DNA from: Cyanobacteria bacterium P01_A01_bin.123
Lineage (GTDB): Bacteria; Cyanobacteriota; Cyanobacteriia; Phormidesmidales; Phormidesmidaceae
Direction of reading: 5' to 3'
Length of the DNA stretch: 51,469 bases
NCBI GenBank assembly: GCA_039815185.1
Contig: JBCBZT010000055.1
Coordinates: forward strand, 1-51,469
In this document: in pieces, positions 40,807-50,374 of the stretch
How positions within the stretch are numbered: position 1 is the stretch's first letter
Layout of the letters: each line of letters begins with the position of its first letter
Notes under the pieces: generated by a model
What the model was told of the DNA's origin: nothing
Database searches by the model: none
The model's input: the letters and a program-made list of their open reading frames with translations, nothing else
Translations under genes and position numbers: made by a program

Positions 40807-41097
40807 ATGTCTGTATATGTAGGCAATCTGTCCTATGACGTTACGGAGGCCGACCTCACTAGCGTATTCACAGAATACGGAACCGTAAAGCGAGTTCAGC
40901 TTCCCACCGATCGTGAGACAGGTCGTATGCGTGGCTTTGGTTTCGTTGAGATGGGTGCAGATTCTGAAGAAGAAGCTGCCATTGAAGCTCTAGATGGGGC
41001 AGAGTGGATGGGACGTGATCTAAAGGTTAATAAAGCGAAGCCCCGTGAAGATCGAGGCGGACGCAGAAATAGTAATAGCTTCTCTCGCGGCTACTAA
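40807..41097 (+). CDS. rbp: RRM RNA-binding protein (Rbp family)
   Basis: RNP2 VYVGNL, RNP1 RGFGFVEM, WMGRDLKVNKAKPRE. Confidence 0.96.
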   Translation: MSVYVGNLSYDVTEADLTSVFTEYGTVKRVQLPTDRETGRMRGFGFVEMGADSEEEAAIEALDGAEWMGRDLKVNKAKPREDRGGRRNSNSFSRGY

Positions 41098-41365
41098 TTT
41101 GATCTAGGTCACTTTGTGCTCTAAATCACCTTGTGATTTTAGTCGCCTTGGCGCTCAGATATTGATTGAGGCGAATTGTTTTTGGATTTGCTGAAGTTTT
41201 TGTCATAGACGCCAAATGTGATTTTGGGAGGTTCAGGCATTTATGCTTGGGCCTTTTTTGTCGTATTGGCGAATTGGCAACATCGTGCTCACCCATGACT
41301 TGAAAAGCGGGTGACTTGCTGTGTAACCTTATTGGGCATTCCTCTTTTTTCGCCCCTAGACGCCC

Positions 41366-41668
41366 ATGCAGCTCTCTCCCCAAGAAAAAGATAAGTTGTT
41401 AATCTTCACTGCAGCCCTGGTGGCTGAACGACGTAAAGACCGGGGACTTAAACTTAACCATCCTGAAGCCGTAGCCTATATTTCAGCAGCGATTTTAGAA
41501 GGGGCACGGGATGGTCGTACTGTAGCCGAGCTCATGGGCGATGGCACTACGCTCTTGACCCGAGACGATGTAATGGTAGGCGTGCCTGAAATGATTCATG
41601 AGGTGCAAGTGGAAGCCACGTTTCCCGACGGCACTAAACTGGTAACGGTTCATGACCCTATCCGCTAA
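41366..41668 (+). CDS. ureA: Urease gamma subunit
   Basis: [11 protein letters not shown]...GLKLNHPEA...[19 protein letters not shown]. Confidence 0.98.
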   Translation: MQLSPQEKDKLLIFTAALVAERRKDRGLKLNHPEAVAYISAAILEGARDGRTVAELMGDGTTLLTRDDVMVGVPEMIHEVQVEATFPDGTKLVTVHDPIR

Positions 41669-41683
41669 GGGAGGGATGATACT

Positions 41684-42769
41684 GTGGCAGATCTAGAGCC
41701 GTCTAATAATCAAAATGCTGAAGCCTTGGCTGCTGAGGATATGATCGTTGATGCTGCCTTGCGTCAACACCTCCTGACTGCCGTGATTGACGCCTTGGAT
41801 CAATACGTTTTTGCCGATAAAGGAGCTGCGATGCAGCAAGATCTGCGTCAGCGAATTGAGGGGGGGGGATACGGTGATATTCAAGGGGCGATGCAGTTGG
41901 CCGATACCCTGACGACCCAGTTGCAGGTGATGGGTCAAGATAGCCATCTAAAGGTGTACTACAGCCCTCAACCCCTACCCGATCTAAGCCCCGACGATGA
42001 GCCGCTGCCTGAAGAAATTGCCCGTCAGCGATATCTGAGTGGGTGGCGTAACTTTGACATTAACCGGGTTGAACGGTTGGCTGGAAACGTTGGCTATTTG
42101 GAGCTGTACGGCTTCCCACCGACAGAATTTGCGGCAGAAACTGCGATCGCGGCCATGCAGTTTCTCACCCACACCCAGGCATTAATTGTCGATTTGCGCC
42201 ACAACGGCGGCGGTGCACCGGGTATGGTGGCCTTGCTGTGTAGCTACTTGTTTCCTGAGTCTCCCCCCATTCACCTGAATGATCTGTACTGGCGAGCCAA
42301 GGATGAAACCCATCAATGGTGGACATTGCCCTATGTGCCGGGGCAGCGCTATGTGGATAAACCCGTATATGTGCTCACAAGCGAAGAGACTGCCTCAGCA
42401 GCAGAAGAGTTTACCTACAACCTGAAGCAACTGAAGCGGGCTATTGTCGTCGGTGAGACGACCCGTGGCGGGGCTAACCCTGGGGTGGGCCGTCGAATTC
42501 ATGATCATTTTTGGATGTTTGTCCCGACGGGGCGGGCGATTAACCCGATCACTGGGGAGAACTGGGAAGGTACGGGGGTTTTGCCCGACGTCAAGGTACC
42601 CAGTGAACTCGCGCTCAAAACCGCCCACCTAATGGCCTTGGAAAAGCTGCTGGAAACGGCACAAGAATCGGCCTTTGTCCGTGAGATCCAGTCGTCGATC
42701 TATCGTGTACAGCAAGACCTGAACGAACTCCGAAAAGATTTAATCGCTCAACTAAAGGTGAAGCCATGA
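41684..42769 (+). CDS. S41 family peptidase (IRBP-like), no signal peptide
   Basis: [25 protein letters not shown] catalytic Ser, [32 protein letters not shown] start. Confidence 0.9.
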   Translation: MADLEPSNNQNAEALAAEDMIVDAALRQHLLTAVIDALDQYVFADKGAAMQQDLRQRIEGGGYGDIQGAMQLADTLTTQLQVMGQDSHLKVYYSPQPLPDLSPDDEPLPEEIARQRYLSGWRNFDINRVERLAGNVGYLELYGFPPTEFAAETAIAAMQFLTHTQALIVDLRHNGGGAPGMVALLCSYLFPESPPIHLNDLYWRAKDETHQWWTLPYVPGQRYVDKPVYVLTSEETASAAEEFTYNLKQLKRAIVVGETTRGGANPGVGRRIHDHFWMFVPTGRAINPITGENWEGTGVLPDVKVPSELALKTAHLMALEKLLETAQESAFVREIQSSIYRVQQDLNELRKDLIAQLKVKP

Positions 42770-43071
42770 TTCCTGGGGAACTATTGCCCGCAATGGGCGA
42801 GATTGAACTTAATGCGGGGCGGCAAACCCAAGCCTTGACGGTGTCGAATACGGGCGATCGCCCGATTCAAGTTGGCTCCCATTTTCATTTTTATGAAGTC
42901 AACCCAGCGCTGACCTTCGATCGTGAAGCGGCTAGAGGCATGCGACTCGATATCCCCGCAGGCACTGCCGTGCGGTTTGAACCGGGAGATCAGCGGGATG
43001 TAACGCTGGTGGCGCTGGCGGGGAGCCGTCAGGTTTATGGGTTGAACGGGCGGATTAACGGAGCGCTGTAG
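42766..43071 (+). CDS. ureB: Urease beta subunit
   Basis: MIPGE...[19 protein letters not shown]...[15 protein letters not shown]. Confidence 0.98.
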   Translation: MIPGELLPAMGEIELNAGRQTQALTVSNTGDRPIQVGSHFHFYEVNPALTFDREAARGMRLDIPAGTAVRFEPGDQRDVTLVALAGSRQVYGLNGRINGAL

Positions 43072-43427
43072 AGGCGTTGGAGAAGCGTGGGGGGTAGGGG
43101 CTTGGGCCCTGAGACTCTGGCGTGAGCTCGGTCAAACGCTTGTTGCTGGCTTAGCCTTCCCGGCGGGAATAAGGTCGGAGAGCGGGAAAGAGGAGGTCAA
43201 CTGCGGATGATTCAAATGGACCGCATTAGCAAAAAGTAAGGCCTTGACTCGGTTTGGGGGGAATGTTCATAATCATTTCTTAATATTTTAGGCGTAGATT
43301 CAATTGGGTAGGCGTGTCTTTTGTCTCTAACGCTAAACCTGAAGTATTGATGCCAGGGAGTATGGGGCACTAGGCAGCTTTTAGACAGTGCCAGCTTTTA
43401 AGCCCACCCTAGTTGCATCTTTTGGCT

Positions 43428-44657
43428 ATGACGACTCAATCGGTTTCTCGTTCGGCAAGACTTTGGGAACTGGCGCGGTTGTTTCTCAAGTTGGGGCTGA
43501 TTGGCTTTGGTGGCCCCCAGGCCCACATCGCCATGATTAATGATGAAGCGGTGCAGCGTCGGGGGTGGTTTTCTCAAGATGCCTTCACCGATGGCTTGGC
43601 AATTTGTGAAATGCTGCCGGGGCCAGCGTCGACCCAAATGGGCATCTATGCCGGCTATGTCAGGGCAGGGCAATTAGGCGCGCTGGTGGCGGGGCTATCG
43701 TTCATTGCACCCGCCTTTTTCATTGTGTTGGGGCTGTCTTGGGCTTACTTCCAGTTTCAGCAGGTGCCCCAACTGGCGGCGCTGTTCTTTGGGGTCTCCC
43801 CCGTGATGATCGCGATTATTTTGGGATTTTGCTGGAAACTGGGGCGCAAGTCAATTCGGGATGGCATTGGGGTGGCGATCGCGATCGCGGTTATCATCGT
43901 AGCCCTCACCCTAAAGCTCAACACCCTGCTGTTGTTCTTGTTAGCAGGGACATTAGGGCTTTGGCTCTATGGCCCTAAGCGCCCCCATGGATGGCCGCCG
44001 TTTTTGTTGAGAGGAGCATTTGTGCCGCTGCTGTTAGTTGCTTCGGGGAGTGCGCCGACACCACTGACACTGGCAAGCTTTTGGGGCATAGAGCGGATTG
44101 GGAGCTATTTTTGGCCGCTGTTGAGCTTTTTCCTGCAGGTTGGGGCGTTTATCTTTGGCGGCGGGTTAGTGATTATTCCGCTGCTGGAATTTGAGGTGGT
44201 GCAAAACCTAAACTGGCTAACGACGACCGAATTTCTTAACGGCGTTGCCATCGGCCAACTTAGCCCAGGGCCAGTGGTTCTGACAGCAGCGTTTGTGGGG
44301 TATAAGGTGGCTGGTGTGCTGGGTGCATTGGTGTCAGCGGTGAGTATTTTCACCCCATCTTTTATCTTCATTATGGCGGCGGCACCGTTATTGCTCAGAC
44401 TCCGCCAAAACCCTTGGGTACAGGCATTTTTGAAAGGCGTGAAGCCTGCGGTTGTGGGCGCGATCGCGGCTGCGGTCGTCCCCCTGGCTGAATCGGCTTA
44501 TGGGCAAGCAACGGTGCTCATCAGCGCGATCGCAGTCCTCATCACCCTGGCTTCCCTAGTGGCTCTGATCCGCTTTAAGCAACCTACTTGGCTTTTAGTT
44601 CTATTAGGTGCAGCCATTGGATTGGTCTTGAACCCGGTGTTGCCGCTGGCCGTTTAG
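43428..44657 (+). CDS. chrA: Chromate efflux transporter (long-chain CHR)
   Basis: Duplicated halves LGLIGFGGP...LPGP and GAFIFGGG...SPGP; ATG 43428. Confidence 0.92.
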   Translation: MTTQSVSRSARLWELARLFLKLGLIGFGGPQAHIAMINDEAVQRRGWFSQDAFTDGLAICEMLPGPASTQMGIYAGYVRAGQLGALVAGLSFIAPAFFIVLGLSWAYFQFQQVPQLAALFFGVSPVMIAIILGFCWKLGRKSIRDGIGVAIAIAVIIVALTLKLNTLLLFLLAGTLGLWLYGPKRPHGWPPFLLRGAFVPLLLVASGSAPTPLTLASFWGIERIGSYFWPLLSFFLQVGAFIFGGGLVIIPLLEFEVVQNLNWLTTTEFLNGVAIGQLSPGPVVLTAAFVGYKVAGVLGALVSAVSIFTPSFIFIMAAAPLLLRLRQNPWVQAFLKGVKPAVVGAIAAAVVPLAESAYGQATVLISAIAVLITLASLVALIRFKQPTWLLVLLGAAIGLVLNPVLPLAV

Positions 44658-44691
44658 CACCTGGTTGGTGGCCAAAGTTAGGGATATTTTC

Positions 44692-44729
44692 TGAAATCAG
44701 ACCTGGGGGGTGAAATCAGATCCGGGGGG
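44692..44729. repeat. Imperfect 19-bp tandem duplication
   Basis: TGAAATCAGACCTGGGGGG / TGAAATCAGATCCGGGGGG. Confidence 0.85.
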
Positions 44730-44890
44730 TGCAAGGTTAGGCACTGGTAGCTTCCTTACATTGGCTTGAGATTTGTACGCGTCACGGCTGTGCCAAAAGC
44801 CCATCCGTATAATTAGAGCAGAAACTGCTCAAGGGTTTGACTTTTGAAGATGTGAGTTGCTAATTGCGCTGTTATGGCGCGGAGGATACA

Positions 44891-45295
44891 GTGGGTTTCC
44901 TGAAAACATCTGCAATTCTGGTGGGCATCGCGCTTGTAGGGGCTGGTGGTGTCTTGGTTGTAACAAACCCTGACCGAGTGGATTATGAGCAATATGCTAC
45001 GGATCAGCTGACAGCTTATTTGCAAACCGAAGTGTGTGCAGATGCACCTTCGATCCTCGGTGATTTTACGGGTGCCGCTGAGCTGCTGTCGCAGCAGTGC
45101 GAAACATTGATACAAGACAACCGCACCCAAATCGAATCTTTAGTCTCTAACAGCACAACGCAAACGGACTTATGGATTTTGACGATTTATCAAACGACAC
45201 TGCAAGTTCCAGGAGTTGAAGGGCTACCCGCTTGGGAATTTGAGTCTGTCGGTATCTTTCAACGATTTATTACTTACAAAGCGGCTCAAGTGTAA
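44891..45295 (+). CDS. DUF4359-like membrane-anchored protein
   Basis: N-terminal TM, TNP..DYEQYA..L..YL...C...C motif, FESVGIFQRF; GGAGG SD before GTG 44891. Confidence 0.82.
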   Translation: MGFLKTSAILVGIALVGAGGVLVVTNPDRVDYEQYATDQLTAYLQTEVCADAPSILGDFTGAAELLSQQCETLIQDNRTQIESLVSNSTTQTDLWILTIYQTTLQVPGVEGLPAWEFESVGIFQRFITYKAAQV

Positions 45296-45297
45296 TT

Positions 45298-45370
45298 TAA
45301 ACGTTGGGCACATCCAGATCCGTAGTTTTCCCCTAGCGAAAACTCAAGTTTTCCGGTTGGATATAATTTG
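45298..45370 (+). mobile_element. MITE-like dispersed repeat, short form
   Basis: TAAACGTTGGGCACATCCAGATCCGTAGTTTTCCCCTAGCGAAAACTCAAGTTTTCCGGTTGGATATAATTTG. Confidence 0.82.
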
Positions 45371-45715
45371 GGTTCAAGCCGTAATTTAGGATCCGAAGCG
45401 GCTGAACCCATGACTGCAACGAGAGTTTGCTGTCCCTGATACAGTGATGGCAGGAACCATCCGATATAATCGAAAACCCGTGTTCGCTGAGTCGGTTTGG
45501 ATTTACAGCTTCGACTGCATTGATTAAAGCGTCGAGTATTTCTAACCCCCCCTTGCTAGAGGAGTCATGTCGCTCGTGACCGCACAACATTTTACGGCGG
45601 TTGTTATCAATTTCGTCTCGCGTCCCAATTCAACCCCACAGAGCTGCTAAAGCAAGCGTGCCAGAGTTTTCTGGGCTGGGTTGAAATGTTGTTACTTATT
45701 GGGGAGTTTAGACCA

Positions 45716-46690
45716 ATGGCATCTACAACAGCATACCTTTTGGTTTCCCACGGTAGCCGAGATCCACGTCCTCAAGCTGCGATGGATCGTCTGGCACAGT
45801 TGGTTCGAGAGTGCTTGCAATACCAGACATTAGAAAAGCAATATTTAGCTGCTCCGGCTAAGCCAATGGCTGTTCAAAGCATTCAGCCACTGACTTCACC
45901 GCCGATAGCGTGGCCATCTGCCGGGATAGCGCCACTGACCTCTCGTCAACGCTTAAAGTCTTCTCCAGATCAGCCTCTAGGCCGTCAGCGTGAATCTCGA
46001 AGCGCGATCGCGCAATTAGATCTAGCTCGGCAACAAGTGGGTTGGCAAAGCTTATCTGGAGGAGAATCCCCCCTGCCTTCCTGGACCCCTATTGTTGGCA
46101 CGGCCTGTTTAGAGTTGGGTAATCGGCCTTTAGATGAGCAAATCTGTGACTTTGGACAGCGGGCTAAGGCTGCTGGCGCTAGCTTGGTCAAACTGATACC
46201 GATGTTTTTGATGCAGGGGGTGCATGTGATGGACGACCTGCCCCAAGCCTTGGATCAAGCCCTCTATCGACTGCAATCGGCGATCGAGGTTGAACTTTGT
46301 CCCCATGTGGGCAGCCATCCGGCGCTGTCTCAAATGTTGGCCGATCGGTTGGCGGCAGTCAAGTCGGGTGCGTCTTTGCTAGTGGCCCATGGCAGTCGAC
46401 GGAGCAGCGGCAATAAGGCGATCGCAGCGATTGCCCGCCAGATTAATGCCACTACGGCTTATTGGTCTGTGCCGCCAGATGTAGAGAGCCAAGCTATTGA
46501 TTTGATGCAGCAAGGGCATCAGCGGATTGCGATTTTGCCCTATTTTCTGTTTACAGGTGGCATTACCGATGCCATTACCCAACGGACTGAAGAATTGGCC
46601 GAGCGCTTTCCTAAAATTGGATTTCGCCTCCTGCCCCCGATTGGAGCCACGCGGGATTTAGCCAAGTTGGTTCTGGAACTTACGGCCTGA
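45716..46690 (+). CDS. Sirohydrochlorin chelatase (CbiX/SirB family)
   Basis: LLVSHGSRDP, PMFLMQGVHVMDDLP, LVAHGSRR, LPYFLFTG; GGGGAG SD; low-complexity insert after the first helix. Confidence 0.88.
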   Translation: MASTTAYLLVSHGSRDPRPQAAMDRLAQLVRECLQYQTLEKQYLAAPAKPMAVQSIQPLTSPPIAWPSAGIAPLTSRQRLKSSPDQPLGRQRESRSAIAQLDLARQQVGWQSLSGGESPLPSWTPIVGTACLELGNRPLDEQICDFGQRAKAAGASLVKLIPMFLMQGVHVMDDLPQALDQALYRLQSAIEVELCPHVGSHPALSQMLADRLAAVKSGASLLVAHGSRRSSGNKAIAAIARQINATTAYWSVPPDVESQAIDLMQQGHQRIAILPYFLFTGGITDAITQRTEELAERFPKIGFRLLPPIGATRDLAKLVLELTA

Positions 46691-46695
46691 GGATT

Positions 46696-46770
46696 TAAAC
46701 CTTGGCCACATCGAGATCCGTCGGTTTTCTTTGAGCTAAAAACTCGCAGTTTCAAATCGGATGGGGTCTA
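46696..46770 (+). mobile_element. MITE-like dispersed repeat, short form
   Basis: TAAACCTTGGCCACATCGAGATCCGTCGGTTTTCTTTGAGCTAAAAACTCGCAGTTTCAAATCGGATGGGGTCTA. Confidence 0.85.
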
Positions 46771-47730
46771 CTTGCCGTAGCGAACCCTGGGGTCAAGGAT
46801 GGCATAGAGCAGATCTGCCATTAAGTTAAACAGTACCACCAGCACCGAATAGGCAAACGTAATTGCCATCACGACCGGGGTATCGCCGCGCACAATCGAA
46901 TCCACTAGTAGTGCTCCAATGCCCGGAACGCGAAACACCTGTTCTGTAACCAGGGAGCCGGTGAAAATGCTGGGAATGTCCAAAGCTACTAGGGTGACGA
47001 CGGGAATCAGGGCGTTACGCAAGACATGCACATTGACTACCCTGAAGGTGCCTAGTCCTTTGGCATAGGCGGTTTGCACATAACCCTGGGGCAGTTCCTC
47101 TAACACGGCTGCCCGGACAAACCGCATCAGCACCGCCGTTTGGAACAGCGTGAGAACGCCAATGGGCATCACTGACTGTTTTATCAAGGCCCAAAGCGTA
47201 TCCCAGTTTGTGACCTGTAGGGTGCTGTCATAGATGAAAGGAAACCAACCTAATCGCACGCTAAATAAAATAATAAACAACAGCCCTGTAAAAAACGTGG
47301 GCAAGGAAAACCCCATGAATGCTGTTGTGGTAGCAATGCGGTCAAAGATTGAATGACGATTCAGGGCAGACATTAATCCCAATGGAAACGCTAGGGCGAC
47401 GCTCAACAGGTAAGCTGCCCCAATCACCCATAGGGTGGTCGGCAGTCGCTGCATTAACAGATCGATCACCGGCGCACGGCTGGTAAATGAATAGCCCAAA
47501 TTCCCCTGCATTAACGCCAGCAGCCACTTAACGTAGCGAATATAGATGGGTTGGTCTAGCCCTAGCGATCGCCGAATGTTTTCTCTCACTTCTGCCGTAA
47601 TGGCGGGGTTGGTGGCGAGTTCACCTAGGGGGTTACCTGGGGCCAAGGCTAATACGACAAAAATGACTAAGCTAATCGCTAACAGCGTCGGAATCGCCAT
47701 TAATATGCGGCGCAGCAGGTATAGGGCCAT
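46768..47730 (-). CDS. Peptide/nickel ABC transporter permease (OppB/DppB-like)
   Basis: GLDQPIYIRYVKWL, YVQTAYAKGL EAA loop, HVLRNALIP, DLLYAILDPRVRY. Confidence 0.92.
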   Translation of the reverse strand: MALYLLRRILMAIPTLLAISLVIFVVLALAPGNPLGELATNPAITAEVRENIRRSLGLDQPIYIRYVKWLLALMQGNLGYSFTSRAPVIDLLMQRLPTTLWVIGAAYLLSVALAFPLGLMSALNRHSIFDRIATTTAFMGFSLPTFFTGLLFIILFSVRLGWFPFIYDSTLQVTNWDTLWALIKQSVMPIGVLTLFQTAVLMRFVRAAVLEELPQGYVQTAYAKGLGTFRVVNVHVLRNALIPVVTLVALDIPSIFTGSLVTEQVFRVPGIGALLVDSIVRGDTPVVMAITFAYSVLVVLFNLMADLLYAILDPRVRYGK

Positions 47731-47783
47731 GGGGAACTGAACACAAATGCAAAAGCAAGCATCGTTAGGCTAGCACGGTGCAA

Positions 47784-48182
47784 TTATGCTTTCAGCATGC
47801 CATCGAGCAGTTCGCGGGCGGGCTGGGCTTTGGCCAAAGCGTCCTGATAGTCGCCATAGAATTTCACCAGCTTACCCAGGCCGTTAATGCCGGTCTTGAG
47901 CTGTTCTAGCTCCTCACCTGACACCATCTCGCCATCCAGCAGCCGAATCAGCAGAGGCTTGATATCGCCGACGCTCTGCCGTGCCTTTTGGAGCTTTTCC
48001 ACTGTGCTCAAGAGGGTTTTAAGGGCAGCAAAAGTATCATCGATAGTCTGGTCATCGATAGTCTGGTCATCGATAGTCTGGTCGTTCATGGTGCTGGTGA
48101 GTGCTGTCTCAACTGCTTTAGCTGTATTAACTGGCTCTGGGGCCAGAGAAATTACCGCTTTGTTGTCCTTAGGCTGTGCCAT
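47784..48182 (-). CDS. Hypothetical helical protein with internal 15-bp VNTR
   Basis: AGGAG SD; 132 aa; (DQTID)3 encoded by three perfect 15-bp units. Confidence 0.75.
   Translation of the reverse strand: MAQPKDNKAVISLAPEPVNTAKAVETALTSTMNDQTIDDQTIDDQTIDDTFAALKTLLSTVEKLQKARQSVGDIKPLLIRLLDGEMVSGEELEQLKTGINGLGKLVKFYGDYQDALAKAQPARELLDGMLKA
48037..48083. repeat. 15-bp tandem repeat, three copies
   Basis: TCATCGATAGTCTGG at 48037, 48052 and 48067. Confidence 0.97.
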
Positions 48183-48243
48183 ACCGTCTCCTGTAAGTGT
48201 GATTCCAACGCAGGCAAGGGATGTGTAGCCGCATGACCGCTAG

Positions 48244-48257
48244 TGTACAAGTGTACT
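48244..48257. promoter_or_regulatory. Candidate cyanobacterial LexA box
   Basis: TGTACAAGTGTACT (GTAC-N4-GTAC), one mismatch to RGTACNNNDGTWCB; overlaps TACACT -10-like hexamers on the minus strand. Confidence 0.45.
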
Positions 48258-48439
48258 GTAGTCTGGGGTTATGAATAGCTGTTGATGTTATACCTTGGGT
48301 GCTGGCAAATTGGGGATGAAATTCCATCCTGGCAGTTGTCGCCACCATTACCCCATTAAGATTCAGCGCAGTTCTCCAGATAGGCTCATCGGATTTAGGG
48401 AATCTTAGAAAAAAGTGAAGATTTCCTGACTAAACTTTT

Positions 48440-49900
48440 ATGATTAACTCCCCAAGCGGCTCCCTGCAAAGTTGCCGTCTCGATCTTGCAAGGGAAAAAG
48501 CTCAATTTCAAATTATTTCAAAAATTCGTGAATCCCTAGATTTAGATGCCATTCTTCAAACCACTATTCAAGAAATTCGCCAACTACTGGCAGTTGATCG
48601 AGTAGGGGTAGTGCGTTTAGATTCGGCCAAGGGTTGGGATGAAGGGGAATTCATTGCAGAAACTGTACTGCCCAGGTTTGACTCAGCATTGGCGATGCAA
48701 GTGCGAGATCATTGTTTTGGCAAGCAGTATGCTGAGGCATACCAAAATGGCCGTATCCAAGCTATTGAAGATATTTATGCTGCAGGCTTAAGTGATTGTC
48801 ATATCGAAATTCTTAGCCAATTTCAAGTTCGAGCTAATTTATTGGTGCCCTTATTGCAAGGCAAAAAACTGTGGGGATTATTGTGCATTCACCAGTGTTC
48901 AGGCCCGCGTCAGTGGGCTGCTGACGACATTGAGTTTGTTGCTAAGATTGCGGTTCATTTAGGGGTTGCCATCCAACATGCAGAGTTATTGACCCAAACC
49001 CAAAAACAAGCCCTCGAACTCAACCAAGCCTTACAGAGTTTGCAATCGGTTCATGTCCAGTTGGCCCATGCTGAAAAAATGGCCAGTCTGGGTCAGTTGG
49101 CTGCAGGAGTGGCCCATGAGATCAATAATCCAGTTAACTTTATCCAAGGCAATTTGGCCCATGTCGACCACTATGTCAAAGAGCTCATTACCCTGGTCAC
49201 TCACTACCGAGTGCACTGCCCATCAGATATCCCAGCCATGCAAACCGCTGCTGAGGATTTGGATTTGGATTTGGATTTTCTCTTAGAAGATCTACCCAAG
49301 ATTTTGACGTCTATGCGGGTTGGCACAATCCGCATTAGCGATATTGTCAAAGGTCTGCGCAACTTCTCTCGGCTTGATGAAACTGGCCTAAAAGCAGTTG
49401 ATCTCCACGAAGGCATCGACAACACCCTGCTTATGTTAAAAAATCGCCTCCAGGCCACGGGTGGCCGCCCCGCAATTCAAGTGCGGAAAACCTATGGGCA
49501 TCTGCCTAAGGTGGAGTGTTATCCGGGGCAAATCAACCAGGTTTTCATGAGTCTTTTGACCAATGCTATTGATGTTTTTGACGAGATTTGGGCTGGTGCA
49601 GCATTAGGTGTTAATGATGCACCACCAACCCTTGCCATCAGCACTCAAGCGTTTACGGACGCAGTGCTAATCATGATTGAGGATAATGGCCCTGGCATGA
49701 CAGATGCAGTAAAGGCCAAATTGTACGACCCGTTTTTTACCACTAAACCGGTTGGTCGGGGGACTGGCTTGGGCTTAGCGATCAGCTACCAAATTGTCGC
49801 CCAACATCAGGGAATGTTGCAGTGCGTTGCTGAGTTGGGGCAAGGTACAGAGTTTTCAATTAAATTGCCCATTAAACACCAAACACCTGAAATCCTCTAA
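48440..49900 (+). CDS. DXCF cyanobacteriochrome GAF sensor histidine kinase
   Basis: GAF with DHCF and DCHIEIL cysteines, LWGLLCIHQC...RQW; H-box AHEINNP; DNGPGM, FFTTKPVGRGTGLGL. Confidence 0.92.
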   Translation: MINSPSGSLQSCRLDLAREKAQFQIISKIRESLDLDAILQTTIQEIRQLLAVDRVGVVRLDSAKGWDEGEFIAETVLPRFDSALAMQVRDHCFGKQYAEAYQNGRIQAIEDIYAAGLSDCHIEILSQFQVRANLLVPLLQGKKLWGLLCIHQCSGPRQWAADDIEFVAKIAVHLGVAIQHAELLTQTQKQALELNQALQSLQSVHVQLAHAEKMASLGQLAAGVAHEINNPVNFIQGNLAHVDHYVKELITLVTHYRVHCPSDIPAMQTAAEDLDLDLDFLLEDLPKILTSMRVGTIRISDIVKGLRNFSRLDETGLKAVDLHEGIDNTLLMLKNRLQATGGRPAIQVRKTYGHLPKVECYPGQINQVFMSLLTNAIDVFDEIWAGAALGVNDAPPTLAISTQAFTDAVLIMIEDNGPGMTDAVKAKLYDPFFTTKPVGRGTGLGLAISYQIVAQHQGMLQCVAELGQGTEFSIKLPIKHQTPEIL

Positions 49901-50005
49901 GGCTGAAGCTAACTTAATCATTGGCAATGATGTCGGACACCCGGGCGAAAATCCAATCCTGGCTTCCTCTAGTTAGAGCCCAATTGGAACTAAATCTAAC
50001 AAAGG

Positions 50006-50350
50006 CTAACCTGCATCAGCCTGGGGTGGCCCATACCAACGCTGGGCCAGATCATTGAGCTGATCCAAAATTGTGATCAGTTCCTGGCCGCGGTCTGTTA
50101 ACCCGTAGGTGACCTGGGGCGGAATTGTGGGTTGGTAATGACGATACAAGATGCCCTCGCGCTCTAACATGCGCAGGCGTTCAGTCAACATTTTGGTTGA
50201 AATCCCTTCAATTTGTCGTTTCAATGCGCCAAAGCGATTGGGGCCATTCGTAGAGAGGATCCATAAAATGTAGAGCGTCCAAGGCCCGGATAACAAATCC
50301 ATCAAAATCCCCACGGGGCAAGGATTGGACTCACGCGATCGCCTCGTCAT
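50006..50350 (-). CDS. HxlR/DUF24 winged-helix regulator with N-terminal Cys
   Basis: CPV...LSGPWTLYIL, RFGALKR, GISTKMLTERLRMLE, PPQVTYGLT. Confidence 0.93.
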   Translation of the reverse strand: MTRRSRESNPCPVGILMDLLSGPWTLYILWILSTNGPNRFGALKRQIEGISTKMLTERLRMLEREGILYRHYQPTIPPQVTYGLTDRGQELITILDQLNDLAQRWYGPPQADAG

Positions 50351-50374
50351 TGCTAATTACCTCAACCCGATCAT

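Noticed and set aside
43190..43239. GAGGAGG plus mini-ORF MIQMDRISKK as a ureC 5' relic
   Set aside because: Only MDR matches the recalled UreC start; too short to distinguish from chance.
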